The notes under the pieces are model-generated. The model was not told where the DNA came from. It searched no databases and saw only the letters and a program-made list of their open reading frames with translations. This document shows positions 1 through 8,721 of a stretch of 64,000 bases of DNA, in pieces. How positions within the stretch are numbered: the stretch's first letter is position 1; the number at the start of each line of letters is the position of its first letter. The stretch is from the sequence record MT713136.1. The stretch is one strand, 5' to 3'. Both the position numbers and the translations under genes were made by a program.

Positions 1-31
1 ATCAGCAACAGCGAAAATACTTGGTCATACT

Positions 32-1318
32 ATGTCCGCTGGTATCGGTATGGTTACTGGAACCATAAACGATTTGTTATCAACTATTCCCGGTTATAAT
101 CAGGCCGCTAATGCAACGAAGTTTGTTGGTGGGTCTATTATTGATGCACATAACGCACGTAAGGAAAAGAAATTAGATGCAAAAGCGAATGCGGCTTATG
201 AAGAGAAGAAGGCTGATGCTACTTCTAGATTCCAACAGATCCCACAAAACAAACCAGAAGACAAAGTAAAAACAGATAGAAATAACCAAGAGCAAAAGAA
301 AGAAAGACAAGAAAATGGAAGAGAACGAGAGAACAACGAAAAGCGTCATAAAAGCTTAATCGATGTTCTTAAAGGTATCCAGATGTCCATGTTGATCGGT
401 AAACTGATTGGTGGTGTTGGATTTGTTCTTAGTGGTCTTGTTTCTGGTATCAGTGTTCTATCTGGTGCGGTTCTTGGTTTGGCCCCTATGATTGCGGGTG
501 CCCTATCTGCCGCTGTTGGTGGTTTAATTGCTAAGTTCTCTGGGATGTTTGATAAGATACCGGGATTGGGAAGTAAGACCCCAACACCATCGTCTGGTGG
601 GGTTAATCCAAACGATGTATCGAAGGATCCTAAGAAGTCCCCGAAAACTACACAACCGGATGGAAAGAAGCCACCCACACCAGAACCAAGACCGGGACAA
701 CCCGCAAAAATTGAGACGCCTAAAACAAAGACTCCTACCCCAAAAGGTAAGGCTGGTATTTTGTCAAAGGCAGCGGAACTTGGTAAAAAAGGTTGGTCTG
801 TCGCTGCTGATGCAGCAAAATCAGCCTCTAAATTTATACCAAAAAGCGCATTAACTGGCGCAGGTATGGCGGTACGTGTCGCTGGTAGAGCAATTCCTTT
901 TGTTGGTGCTGGCTTGATGGCTTATGAGTTGTATAACTTCGCCAAAGAGAACCCAGAGCTGTTAGATAAGGGTGTTGATGCTGCTAAGGGTGCTTGGGAA
1001 AGTCTTACTGGATCATTATTTGGGAAAGCTAATGCTAGTGAAGCTCAACCGGAATCTAAATTAGGGAATGAAATTAAGGCTGGTGAAACCGAGCCTGTAT
1101 TTAAAACCCTTGAGAAAAGAAATCAAGAGGTTGAAGAATTCCGAGCTAAACAACAACGTGAAAAGGAAGAACGAGACGCACGACGTCAAGAAGGTGCTTT
1201 AATGGCTGCTGTAAATAATACCACATATAACAGTATGAATTCCGTTCTACCGTCTGGCTTTGGTGAATTTAGACCAGATCAACCGCAATATTCATATGGA
1301 GTTCAACCGTCAACATGA
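32..1318 (+). CDS. Putative baseplate hub / tape-measure-like virion protein (gp29-like), probably 5'-truncated by the window edge
   Basis: Charged helical segment, Gly/Ala-rich hydrophobic segment and Pro/Lys/Thr linker; stop overlaps the gene 3 start (ATGA). Family call is by composition only. Confidence 0.4.
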   Translation: MSAGIGMVTGTINDLLSTIPGYNQAANATKFVGGSIIDAHNARKEKKLDAKANAAYEEKKADATSRFQQIPQNKPEDKVKTDRNNQEQKKERQENGRERENNEKRHKSLIDVLKGIQMSMLIGKLIGGVGFVLSGLVSGISVLSGAVLGLAPMIAGALSAAVGGLIAKFSGMFDKIPGLGSKTPTPSSGGVNPNDVSKDPKKSPKTTQPDGKKPPTPEPRPGQPAKIETPKTKTPTPKGKAGILSKAAELGKKGWSVAADAAKSASKFIPKSALTGAGMAVRVAGRAIPFVGAGLMAYELYNFAKENPELLDKGVDAAKGAWESLTGSLFGKANASEAQPESKLGNEIKAGETEPVFKTLEKRNQEVEEFRAKQQREKEERDARRQEGALMAAVNNTTYNSMNSVLPSGFGEFRPDQPQYSYGVQPST

Positions 1319-1872
1319 TACATAATCAAGCACACATAACAAACATGCGTCTGGAAATCCCAGACGCAAACACAACCGCTAACTTTGTAACATCAGCTCA
1401 ATCCGTTGTTCTTCCAACTATGGAAATGGATATAACGAGGGTTTCAATAAATCAGATGACGTCCGGGCTTATGCCGGGTTCGAAGATCATTTACGAACCA
1501 TTTAGGATTAGATTTTTGATTGATGAAAATTTCGAATCTTATAAAGAGTTGTATCAATGGATGATCTCTGTTACTGATAGTAGAACTTTCAATTCCACCG
1601 CCCATCTACCGGGTGCTAGACCTAGATCTATTTTGGTTCATATTCTGGATAACTCAAAAAAGAATATAGTATTGACTTTCAAGTTTCATGACCCATTCCC
1701 GAGTTCATTGGACGATATAGAATTGTCCTATGTTGATGACGGAAACCCAGCCCTTATAGGTAATGTAACGTTTAGTTACTCATCTATGAGTGTTGTTGGT
1801 GTAAACGATTTGGAAATCCTACCAAAACAAAACCCGGTCGGTATCGGTGCAGGGCACCCATTCCAAAAGTAA
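1315..1872 (+). CDS. 3: Tail tube terminator / sheath stabiliser gp3
   Basis: Colinear similarity to T4 gp3: NQA..TN, AQSV..P, YEPFRIRFLIDEN..Y.WM, ILDNSK, LDDIELSY.DD..PAL. Confidence 0.9.
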   Translation: MIHNQAHITNMRLEIPDANTTANFVTSAQSVVLPTMEMDITRVSINQMTSGLMPGSKIIYEPFRIRFLIDENFESYKELYQWMISVTDSRTFNSTAHLPGARPRSILVHILDNSKKNIVLTFKFHDPFPSSLDDIELSYVDDGNPALIGNVTFSYSSMSVVGVNDLEILPKQNPVGIGAGHPFQK

Positions 1873-1913
1873 AATCTAAAGGTTCTTCGTCTTGAGGTAT
1901 AATAAACAAAAAG

Positions 1914-2054
1914 ATGAGGTACTATATGATATACGCTATTTCTGGTTTGAAACGGACGGGTAAAGACACAGCCTCGAAGTTCATTCAAGAACTTACTGGG
2001 GCTGTTCCATATGCTTTAGCTCACCCAATTAAAAAATCCATCCATAATGGATTA
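1914..2054 (+). CDS. 1: dNMP kinase gp1, N-terminal fragment (continues at 47402-47740 and 31353-31707)
   Basis: ISGLKRTGKDTA...YALAHPIK matches the T4 gp1 N-terminus; follows gene 3 as in T4; broken at about 2054. Confidence 0.9.
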
Positions 2055-2785
2055 ATTTTAAAGTTAAATTCGAAAGTTTTTTCTGTTGTGTTGTTGGTCA
2101 CAGAAAGAATGCTATTTTCACTGTCTATATTCACGTAGAAACGAGAATCCTGCACACCACAAAGGATAGTTTGGTATAGTTCGTCCCCGAAAAATTCTGG
2201 TTTCAGCACACAGTCATAGAATCCAATCGAACTACCATCATCTTGCCATGAGTCCCAATGAGAGATAACAGAACGTTCCGACCCACCGTCGCCACCCAAG
2301 ATACTCCAAATAAAGAATGAGACACCGTTGAGGCATGTGTTTACTCGATGATGGGTTACATTTTCTCCAACAACATCAGACAGATCATCCACAAATGTCC
2401 AGAAATTATCCGAGATAAATTCAATAAATTCTGGGGAATCCCCTCTTTCTTGATACCGGGTCAAAAACATTTCTTTGATCTTAGAACGTTGGTTATCCTG
2501 ATACCACTGGTTGTTTTCATAAACTGGCTTTTCTGGATATACAAGTTCAACGTCATACCCCATATCAACAACAAATTTCACAACTTCTGAATGTGTAGAC
2601 ACCATTATAAAATCAAAGGCCCCACTTTCTACATGAGACTGAATCTCTTTTAGATATTCGTTAGGCCAATTAGTTTTAAATTTAGAGTTGTCAAGATCCA
2701 CAATTTTATATTGAGGAAACTTATTGTCTTTTACTGCCGTAGATTTCCCCGCACCGGGAAATCCACAAATTACTTTAGTCTTCAT
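2021..2785 (-). CDS. P-loop NMP-kinase-like protein; first ~150 aa reliable, tail runs across a junction
   Basis: ICGFPGAGKST Walker A, DLD, VSTH, LVYP, RY.ERG pattern of a common phage kinase-like family. Confidence 0.6.
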   Translation of the reverse strand: MKTKVICGFPGAGKSTAVKDNKFPQYKIVDLDNSKFKTNWPNEYLKEIQSHVESGAFDFIMVSTHSEVVKFVVDMGYDVELVYPEKPVYENNQWYQDNQRSKIKEMFLTRYQERGDSPEFIEFISDNFWTFVDDLSDVVGENVTHHRVNTCLNGVSFFIWSILGGDGGSERSVISHWDSWQDDGSSIGFYDCVLKPEFFGDELYQTILCGVQDSRFYVNIDSENSILSVTNNTTEKTFEFNFKINPLWMDFLIG

Positions 2786-3215
2786 GTTCTCGTCTCACAA
2801 ACGCTTGATAACTTTCAATATAACCCTTTATGTTATCTTTACCAATTGGATTTTGTGTATGGTAATAGATATATTCGGGGAGTTCTTTGTTGTCGTATTG
2901 CGCAATATCAACAAGATATTTTGCACATGACAACCCTGTATATTCAATACCATCCTCGTCATAATCAGCTAGGTCGTGGTCAAAGCTAATATATTTCGGG
3001 ATACCGTTCGTCCGGATCTCATCCTTAAAGTCTGAATACGTCCGAACAATAGTCCACTGAATATCTGGGTCATAATGAACCCAACCTACATCAGACGGAT
3101 TTCGAATGTCATCAATAAAAATACCACGAAATTTCTTACCCATTGCATTATTCCAATGAACTAGACCGATCAGAATTACCAACAGTCCAATCATGGATAA
3201 AACGTAACCGGTCAT
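2775..3215 (-). CDS. Cyclic-phosphate-processing receiver-domain (cREC) protein with hydrophobic N-terminus
   Basis: IFIDDIRNP, WTIVRTY, ISFDHDL, TGLSCAKYL, HTQNPIG are the hallmark motifs of this family. Confidence 0.8.
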   Translation of the reverse strand: MTGYVLSMIGLLVILIGLVHWNNAMGKKFRGIFIDDIRNPSDVGWVHYDPDIQWTIVRTYSDFKDEIRTNGIPKYISFDHDLADYDEDGIEYTGLSCAKYLVDIAQYDNKELPEYIYYHTQNPIGKDNIKGYIESYQAFVRREHED

Positions 3216-3225
3216 AAATCACCTC

Positions 3226-3618
3226 TTATAGACTTGATGCACCACGAATCAACTGTTTTGTTACAACCAATTCACGTTCTCCGATGATATCAATTACCTG
3301 TGACGGAATATACCCACATACATCAATAAAAACATGGGTTGCGTCAGGTACGGTCATCAACGCATTTTCTAATTGTTCTTTTAGACCACGAGGGCCATTG
3401 AAATTGGAACCGGATTGGACAGAAGAAACAACCAATTCAAACGTCTCTGTGTCTGGCGAAACAAAGTCATAAAGCCGCTCAAACGCTTGTTGTTCATCAA
3501 GCTCATCAATCAATACAATTACAGGACTGATCGCAACTTGTTCCGCAGCTTTTGCCAGAAGACGGGAAGTTTTACCGGTTCCTACTTCACCAAAAATCAC
3601 TTCAAAAATTTTACCCAT
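3226..3618 (-). CDS. Small (~130 aa) P-loop NTPase, RecA/KaiC-like core
   Basis: GEVGTGKT Walker A, VFID Walker B, terminal VVTKQ strand. Confidence 0.55.
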   Translation of the reverse strand: MGKIFEVIFGEVGTGKTSRLLAKAAEQVAISPVIVLIDELDEQQAFERLYDFVSPDTETFELVVSSVQSGSNFNGPRGLKEQLENALMTVPDATHVFIDVCGYIPSQVIDIIGERELVVTKQLIRGASSL

Positions 3619-3619
3619 T

Positions 3620-4126
3620 TTACATTCCCTTTTGTTCAGAAGACCAACCATTTTGGTTAGCCACGGCAGAAAGACGATAGAACCCCTCCTGATATTTGAA
3701 GGAGCGTTTCATATCTTTTTCGGTTACTCCCTTGAGGCGACGTAGGTCACTATTATGACGGAAGTCACACATCTTTACAAGGCACGCCATCCGGTTTGAT
3801 TCGATACCTTGAAGGTAAGATTCATAAACCACAGGGTCTTTATAATCGTTACCATGTTTTTTGGTCAGAAGAACCACCGATTTTACTACTTCTGGGTTAA
3901 AACCTATTTCAAGAAGGTCATCAGCAGTTGCATTCTGTACATCCTCAAGATAATCATGGAGAATCGCAACCTGTTTCAGCTTATCGTCTGCTTTAGGACC
4001 AAGCTTTCGACATACTTCCATACAATGTTCGAAGTAAGGACGTCCACCCCGGTCAAATACTGTTGCAAATGCATCAGAAACCAGACCATAGGCAATTGCA
4101 GTCATTTTAGCATCATGTTTACTCAT
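3620..4126 (-). CDS. SpoT/Mesh1-type HD hydrolase (small alarmone hydrolase family)
   Basis: DRGGRPYFEH, AILHDYLED, VVLLTK, LVKMCDFRHNSD motifs. Confidence 0.85.
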   Translation of the reverse strand: MSKHDAKMTAIAYGLVSDAFATVFDRGGRPYFEHCMEVCRKLGPKADDKLKQVAILHDYLEDVQNATADDLLEIGFNPEVVKSVVLLTKKHGNDYKDPVVYESYLQGIESNRMACLVKMCDFRHNSDLRRLKGVTEKDMKRSFKYQEGFYRLSAVANQNGWSSEQKGM

Positions 4127-4278
4127 TTTTAAATTTCCCAAAAAGTCATACGAAAAACCAATTTCTTTGCTTCATCTTTTACGTGTTGAGGTATTTCTGA
4201 TCCATCAGTGATATATTCACGGAGAGTTGGCCCATGACCTAACCTATTGTATCGTTAATGTAAGAGGGGAAATTTAAG

Positions 4279-4905
4279 ATGGTCAAGATGTATTCCCAAC
4301 ACGATATAGAAGATTTGAACATCACAACAAAGGAGACTATTAATAAACCACCACGATATGTAAATAGGAATGCTCGTATGATTGCAAAAAATGCAACATG
4401 TGAAGACCACCTTCACGTTGCAAAAGCATTATCAGATACAATGTGGTTTCATAATTACGATCCGGAGTTGTGGCTTAATACACATAGATCTTATATCGCA
4501 TTATCAATACTCCGAAATTCGGTTTATCTGTCTAGTAAAGGACAAGTACGTTCTTTTATCAAAAATCTTAAAAAACATGGGGATGTATCACTTATTGATG
4601 ATCAATATGGTAGGCTTTCTTATGCAGCAATTGGGATGAATGATAATCGTTCCGACATATCTTACTACGACCTCCCACGGGGGGATGGTTCTTCTAATAG
4701 AACATTCATTATCATTAAATTCAATAGTATACGTGTTTGTGTCCGTACAAGGTACGTTGACCTTGTTTGGGATTTACTTAAGACACATTCAGTTAAAGTA
4801 GAAGAACAACAGGAAGTAAACCTAAACCCAATGGATAAAAACCCAGATATAAAATCTTTTGTTGAATATTGCATCGAAATGAACAAGTTGACACAAGAGA
4901 AATAA
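4279..4905 (+). CDS. Hypothetical phage protein
   Basis: 208-aa ORF with AGAGGG RBS in a co-oriented block. Confidence 0.6.
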   Translation: MVKMYSQHDIEDLNITTKETINKPPRYVNRNARMIAKNATCEDHLHVAKALSDTMWFHNYDPELWLNTHRSYIALSILRNSVYLSSKGQVRSFIKNLKKHGDVSLIDDQYGRLSYAAIGMNDNRSDISYYDLPRGDGSSNRTFIIIKFNSIRVCVRTRYVDLVWDLLKTHSVKVEEQQEVNLNPMDKNPDIKSFVEYCIEMNKLTQEK

Positions 4906-4925
4906 TAAGCAATAATATCTAAAAA

Positions 4926-5402
4926 TTGAGAGGATATATTATGAATGCAAAATGGATTGTGAAAGAATTGGGTGATCGCAAGAGTAACAATTGGGAATTG
5001 TCTGTTGTTATGAGTGATTACAAATTCATTAAAGAATTCTCATGGCCCAATAAAGACGGTAAGATTATTATCTGGTCTGGGTGGGGTAGGTCTATTATCC
5101 AACCAGAACTTATTCCGGTAGTCATTAATTTTGCACAAGAAATGGCAGAAACCAAGAATAAGGAATTGGATGAACTCCGAGTGAAGGATAGGAAATCCGG
5201 TTATTATTGGGTTCAAAAAATCCGATATGGGTATGGTGCCGATGATGGGTATGAGGGTATTGGTGATTGGTGTATTGCATTCTGGAATTCGGAAAATCTT
5301 GGTTGGACCCGTCGAGACTGGGACGACGATGAATGTAGTAACGAGAACGACGATTATTGGAACGAGATAAACGAGAATCGTATTGAATATCCGGGGGTTT
5401 AA
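4926..5402 (+). CDS. Hypothetical phage protein (Trp/Asp-rich C-terminus)
   Basis: ORF with GAGGA RBS; C-terminal SGYYWV...W..A.W motif common in phage ORFs. Confidence 0.6.
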   Translation: MRGYIMNAKWIVKELGDRKSNNWELSVVMSDYKFIKEFSWPNKDGKIIIWSGWGRSIIQPELIPVVINFAQEMAETKNKELDELRVKDRKSGYYWVQKIRYGYGADDGYEGIGDWCIAFWNSENLGWTRRDWDDDECSNENDDYWNEINENRIEYPGV

Positions 5403-5404
5403 TT

Positions 5405-5875
5405 ATGAACGGTCGTCGTATTCGTGGAATTAAACCCTCTAGAGTGACCAAGATTAATCGCCAAATCCAACTAATGAACGATCAGATAGCAAACTGTCAT
5501 CGTATTTTAGAAGAGGTAGAATACACATTACAGCCCGGTGATTATCTAGGTGGTAGGATAGAAGATCATTATAATTACAGTACATGGAGAACTGTCGGGG
5601 TATTAAATCTAACAGACCATTTTATTGTAAGGTATTTCCAACGAGTGGAAAATATCAAAGTTAAAGACTCAGATATCATTAAAGAATATCCAGAATTCAC
5701 ACCAGCAGATAGAGACATGTATACTGTCTGGTATATGGGACGGGTTGGTATCCTAGATGTAAATGCACAAATCCGAATCCGAGAATTTGTAAAGAATCCA
5801 CCAGATTCTTTACGAGTAGTAAGAAACCAAGATCGAGTAATTACAATCCTTACGGAGAATCAATATGAATATTAA
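5405..5875 (+). CDS. Hypothetical protein, possible BECR/RelE-fold RNase
   Basis: LTDHFIVRYFQR and terminal RVITIL motifs; fold call is speculative. Confidence 0.35.
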   Translation: MNGRRIRGIKPSRVTKINRQIQLMNDQIANCHRILEEVEYTLQPGDYLGGRIEDHYNYSTWRTVGVLNLTDHFIVRYFQRVENIKVKDSDIIKEYPEFTPADRDMYTVWYMGRVGILDVNAQIRIREFVKNPPDSLRVVRNQDRVITILTENQYEY

Positions 5876-6161
5876 ATTTGACGAATTTAAACTGTTGGAA
5901 AACATTCAAATCGGTAAGATCTCTTTTATTTCCGTTGTATATGAACCAGATTATTTCGGTATGGAAGACCGATATCATGCGATGGAAAGCCATACTGTGT
6001 ATTATGATGCACTACGAAATTTGTTCTTCACAAAAGAGGTTTATAGTTCTTTCCGTAAGTTGGAAGACCTAATTAAATTTTATCGAGATTATGTTGGTGA
6101 CGTCCGTTCTTATCGTGATGTTGAAAACGATATTTTCCACCAAGATATTATTTGCCTATGA
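5865..6161 (+). CDS. Hypothetical phage protein
   Basis: Overlaps the upstream ORF; GGAG RBS. Confidence 0.6.
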   Translation: MNIKFDEFKLLENIQIGKISFISVVYEPDYFGMEDRYHAMESHTVYYDALRNLFFTKEVYSSFRKLEDLIKFYRDYVGDVRSYRDVENDIFHQDIICL

Positions 6162-6459
6162 TATTATGGGGACGTTAGGTCCCCTTTAACTTTTTAGAGG
6201 TGTTTATGCTACATAGAATTGGTGGTCCCGTATTTTATATTAAAAAAGATGGGTATCCATGTTGGGCTCATGAACATGGAGCCAAAGAAATCCATTGCAC
6301 AATAATGATGTTACCCGGTAATACATATGAGGAATCTTTATCTTTGATTCAGACCTTTTCGCCTTAATCGCCAAGAAAGACCCTATGTTTTGGGATTCTA
6401 TTGGTGTCTCGATGAAAACATGTGAAGATATTCGTTATCAGGCTATAGGAGAGTAAATC

Positions 6460-6720
6460 ATGGCTAAGTGGTATGATGATAATGGGATCCGTAAAGTTCG
6501 CTATGTAGTTGTTAACGAGTATGCCCTTGGGTACATCTATGAAGAAGATCAGAATACAGTAGGTATTCTTCGGGGCTCTCTTCTCCGTGGTTACCCTTCT
6601 CTATCCGAAGAACCAATCTCTTCTTTCGGAAAAGAAATTCGGGATGCTACCCTTGAAGATTTTGAAATCTATCGTGTGATGGTGCCAAAATTTGTTGTTG
6701 ACCAAATTAATGTAATGTGA
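6460..6720 (+). CDS. Hypothetical phage protein
   Basis: GGAG RBS; 86 aa. Confidence 0.6.
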   Translation: MAKWYDDNGIRKVRYVVVNEYALGYIYEEDQNTVGILRGSLLRGYPSLSEEPISSFGKEIRDATLEDFEIYRVMVPKFVVDQINVM

Positions 6721-6752
6721 TTTAATAAAGATAAATCAGAAAGGAGATAATT

Positions 6753-7010
6753 ATGATATTTAAAATTGGTCAGTCTTATAAAATAGTTTCTATGTTTGGC
6801 GTTGCTGTTGAACACATGGATTGTCTTAACGACGTCATTGTCTGTACTGACTTTGATGAAGACTCCGGGGTTGCTTGGTTCGACGGACTGATGTGGACAA
6901 ACTTCGGGAACCGTGGGAATTATATTCTTGCGATGAGTGATGAGGGAGTTGAAGCCTTCGGAACTGATTATGGGAGTTTCCTCTTCAACGTTCTGGAAGA
7001 GGTGAAATAA
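6753..7010 (+). CDS. Hypothetical protein; paralogue of the N-terminal domain of the MazG-like ORF at 19005-19562
   Basis: Shared pattern F/Y..G..YKIV...D.I.C...D...G..W. Confidence 0.55.
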   Translation: MIFKIGQSYKIVSMFGVAVEHMDCLNDVIVCTDFDEDSGVAWFDGLMWTNFGNRGNYILAMSDEGVEAFGTDYGSFLFNVLEEVK

Positions 7011-7267
7011 TGGCTGTTGGGTTTGGTGGTTGTGATAACCATTTGGAAACTATTGAATCCACAATCAATAATGGAATTGACTTTGCTCGTTCCCAACTTC
7101 ATCAAGGGGTATCTTCTGAATTTTGTGAAGAATGCGGAGATAGGATCCCAGAAGGTAGAAGGAAAATAATGGTTGTTCATTTTTGTGTTAAATGTCAAAG
7201 CGACCTAGACAAAAAGATGAAACCATTATATAATCGTCGTGGAAGTAAAGATTCTCAACTTAGATAA
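7010..7267 (+). CDS. TraR/DksA C4 zinc-finger protein (YbiI-like)
   Basis: CEECGDRIPEGRR...CVKCQ finger; C-terminal NRRGSKDSQLR as in YbiI. Confidence 0.9.
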   Translation: MAVGFGGCDNHLETIESTINNGIDFARSQLHQGVSSEFCEECGDRIPEGRRKIMVVHFCVKCQSDLDKKMKPLYNRRGSKDSQLR

Positions 7268-7276
7268 GAGAGTTTT

Positions 7277-7462
7277 ATGAAACCTTTCAAGAACCAAGAT
7301 ACAGAAAACTTCTGTCAGAAAGTTGCAGAAGTTTATCAATCTGATACAATCGAAGCTAACATTATGTTTGAGAATTACATTTCTGAACATGGTAAAAATA
7401 TGAAGCGATGGGAAATGATCGCCATGAAAGACCGTATCCGTTTTATCATCAAACAATATTAA
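7277..7462 (+). CDS. Hypothetical phage protein
   Basis: 61-aa ORF between the TraR-like gene and pseT. Confidence 0.55.
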   Translation: MKPFKNQDTENFCQKVAEVYQSDTIEANIMFENYISEHGKNMKRWEMIAMKDRIRFIIKQY

Positions 7463-7470
7463 GGAAAAAT

Positions 7471-8388
7471 ATGAACGCATATATCACTATTGGTGCTAGT
7501 TCTAGTGGAAAAAGTACTTGGGCTGAAATGATGGTCAAAAAGTCACAAGGTAAGATGGTTAATATCAACCGTGATGATACTCGTCGTAGCCTGTTCCAGA
7601 TCAAGAGCTGGAAAGGTTATAACTTCGGGAAAGACCGTGAAGCTCTGGTTACTGATGTCAACTGGCGAAAGGTTCTGGCTGCTCACGAGACTGGTAAAGA
7701 AATTGTTATCTCTGATACAAACCTGAATGAAAAGTTTCGTAAAGTTATGATTAAAGAACTTAAGGATCTTGGATATAATGTAACACTGGTTTGGTTCCCT
7801 GTCCCTATGGAAGAACTGAAACACCGTAATTCCACTCGTGGTGGTTGGTCTGTAAATGATTCGGTTCTTGATCGTATGGTTGCTCAATTTGACGACCAGT
7901 GGTCTCATTTTGATTACTATGGTGGTGGGATTGTTGTTGATTTCGAACCAAAGGTAAGATATACTCCTGATGAATCTCTTCCGAAGGCAGTTATCTTTGA
8001 TGTTGATGGTACTGTAGCTGAAAAGAATGACCGGGATCCGTTTGATTGGTCTCGTGTTAAGGAAGACACTCCGCGCCATACAGTTATCCAATATGCACAA
8101 CTTCTGAAATATCGCGGTTATGTTATCATTGTTGCGTCTGGTCGTGATGGTGTATGTATGCAGGATACTTATGACTGGTGTGTTAAGTATGGTATGCCGA
8201 TCGACGTTCATATCCAACGTAAACCGGGGGATCAACGTTCGGATAAAGTCATCAAAGAAGAACTTTTCTGGGAGCATATCGCACCATACTATAACGTAAC
8301 CCATTGCGTTGATGACCGAGACCAAGTTGTTAAAATGTGGCGTGACCTTGGTATCGAATGTTTTCAGGTTGCACCCGGTTCGTTTTAG
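7471..8388 (+). CDS. pseT: Polynucleotide 5'-kinase / 3'-phosphatase
   Basis: GASSSGKST kinase P-loop, INRDD, ISDTNL, HAD motif IFDVDGT, SGRD, DDR.QVV.MWR. Confidence 0.95.
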   Translation: MNAYITIGASSSGKSTWAEMMVKKSQGKMVNINRDDTRRSLFQIKSWKGYNFGKDREALVTDVNWRKVLAAHETGKEIVISDTNLNEKFRKVMIKELKDLGYNVTLVWFPVPMEELKHRNSTRGGWSVNDSVLDRMVAQFDDQWSHFDYYGGGIVVDFEPKVRYTPDESLPKAVIFDVDGTVAEKNDRDPFDWSRVKEDTPRHTVIQYAQLLKYRGYVIIVASGRDGVCMQDTYDWCVKYGMPIDVHIQRKPGDQRSDKVIKEELFWEHIAPYYNVTHCVDDRDQVVKMWRDLGIECFQVAPGSF

Positions 8389-8439
8389 AAATCTCCCACT
8401 TTAGAAATCTCCCTACCCGCATAAAGCGGGCTTTAAAAA

Positions 8440-8721
8440 TCAAAAGTCTTCTACTTCCTCACCGCCTTCCTCTTGTTTAAAGGCTTCGCGGCGACCATCG
8501 ATTGCATCACGGATCTGAATATCATCAGTATCCGAAATAGCAACGGATTTTATTCGACTTTTATAATAACGCTCTAGTTCGTCAAGTCCTTTGGGTGTCA
8601 TTGCTGACATAATTTTACCCAAAAACTTTTCGATACTTACAGCAGGCTTGTCATCACCACCATCGGTGTTTTTTTCTTCTACCTCTTCTTGAAGGCGAAG
8701 ATAATCAGCAAAGTATATCAC
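8440..8721 (-). CDS. uvsW.1: UvsW.1
   Basis: Directly downstream of uvsW; TPKGLDELERYY...ISDTDDIQIRDAI matches T4 UvsW.1. Confidence 0.9.
   Translation of the reverse strand: MIYFADYLRLQEEVEEKNTDGGDDKPAVSIEKFLGKIMSAMTPKGLDELERYYKSRIKSVAISDTDDIQIRDAIDGRREAFKQEEGGEEVEDF

Noticed and set aside
8386-8432. Short direct repeat TAGAAATCTCCC x2 plus hairpin between pseT and uvsW.1
   Set aside because: Only two 12-bp copies at a probable junction; the hairpin is adequately explained as a terminator.
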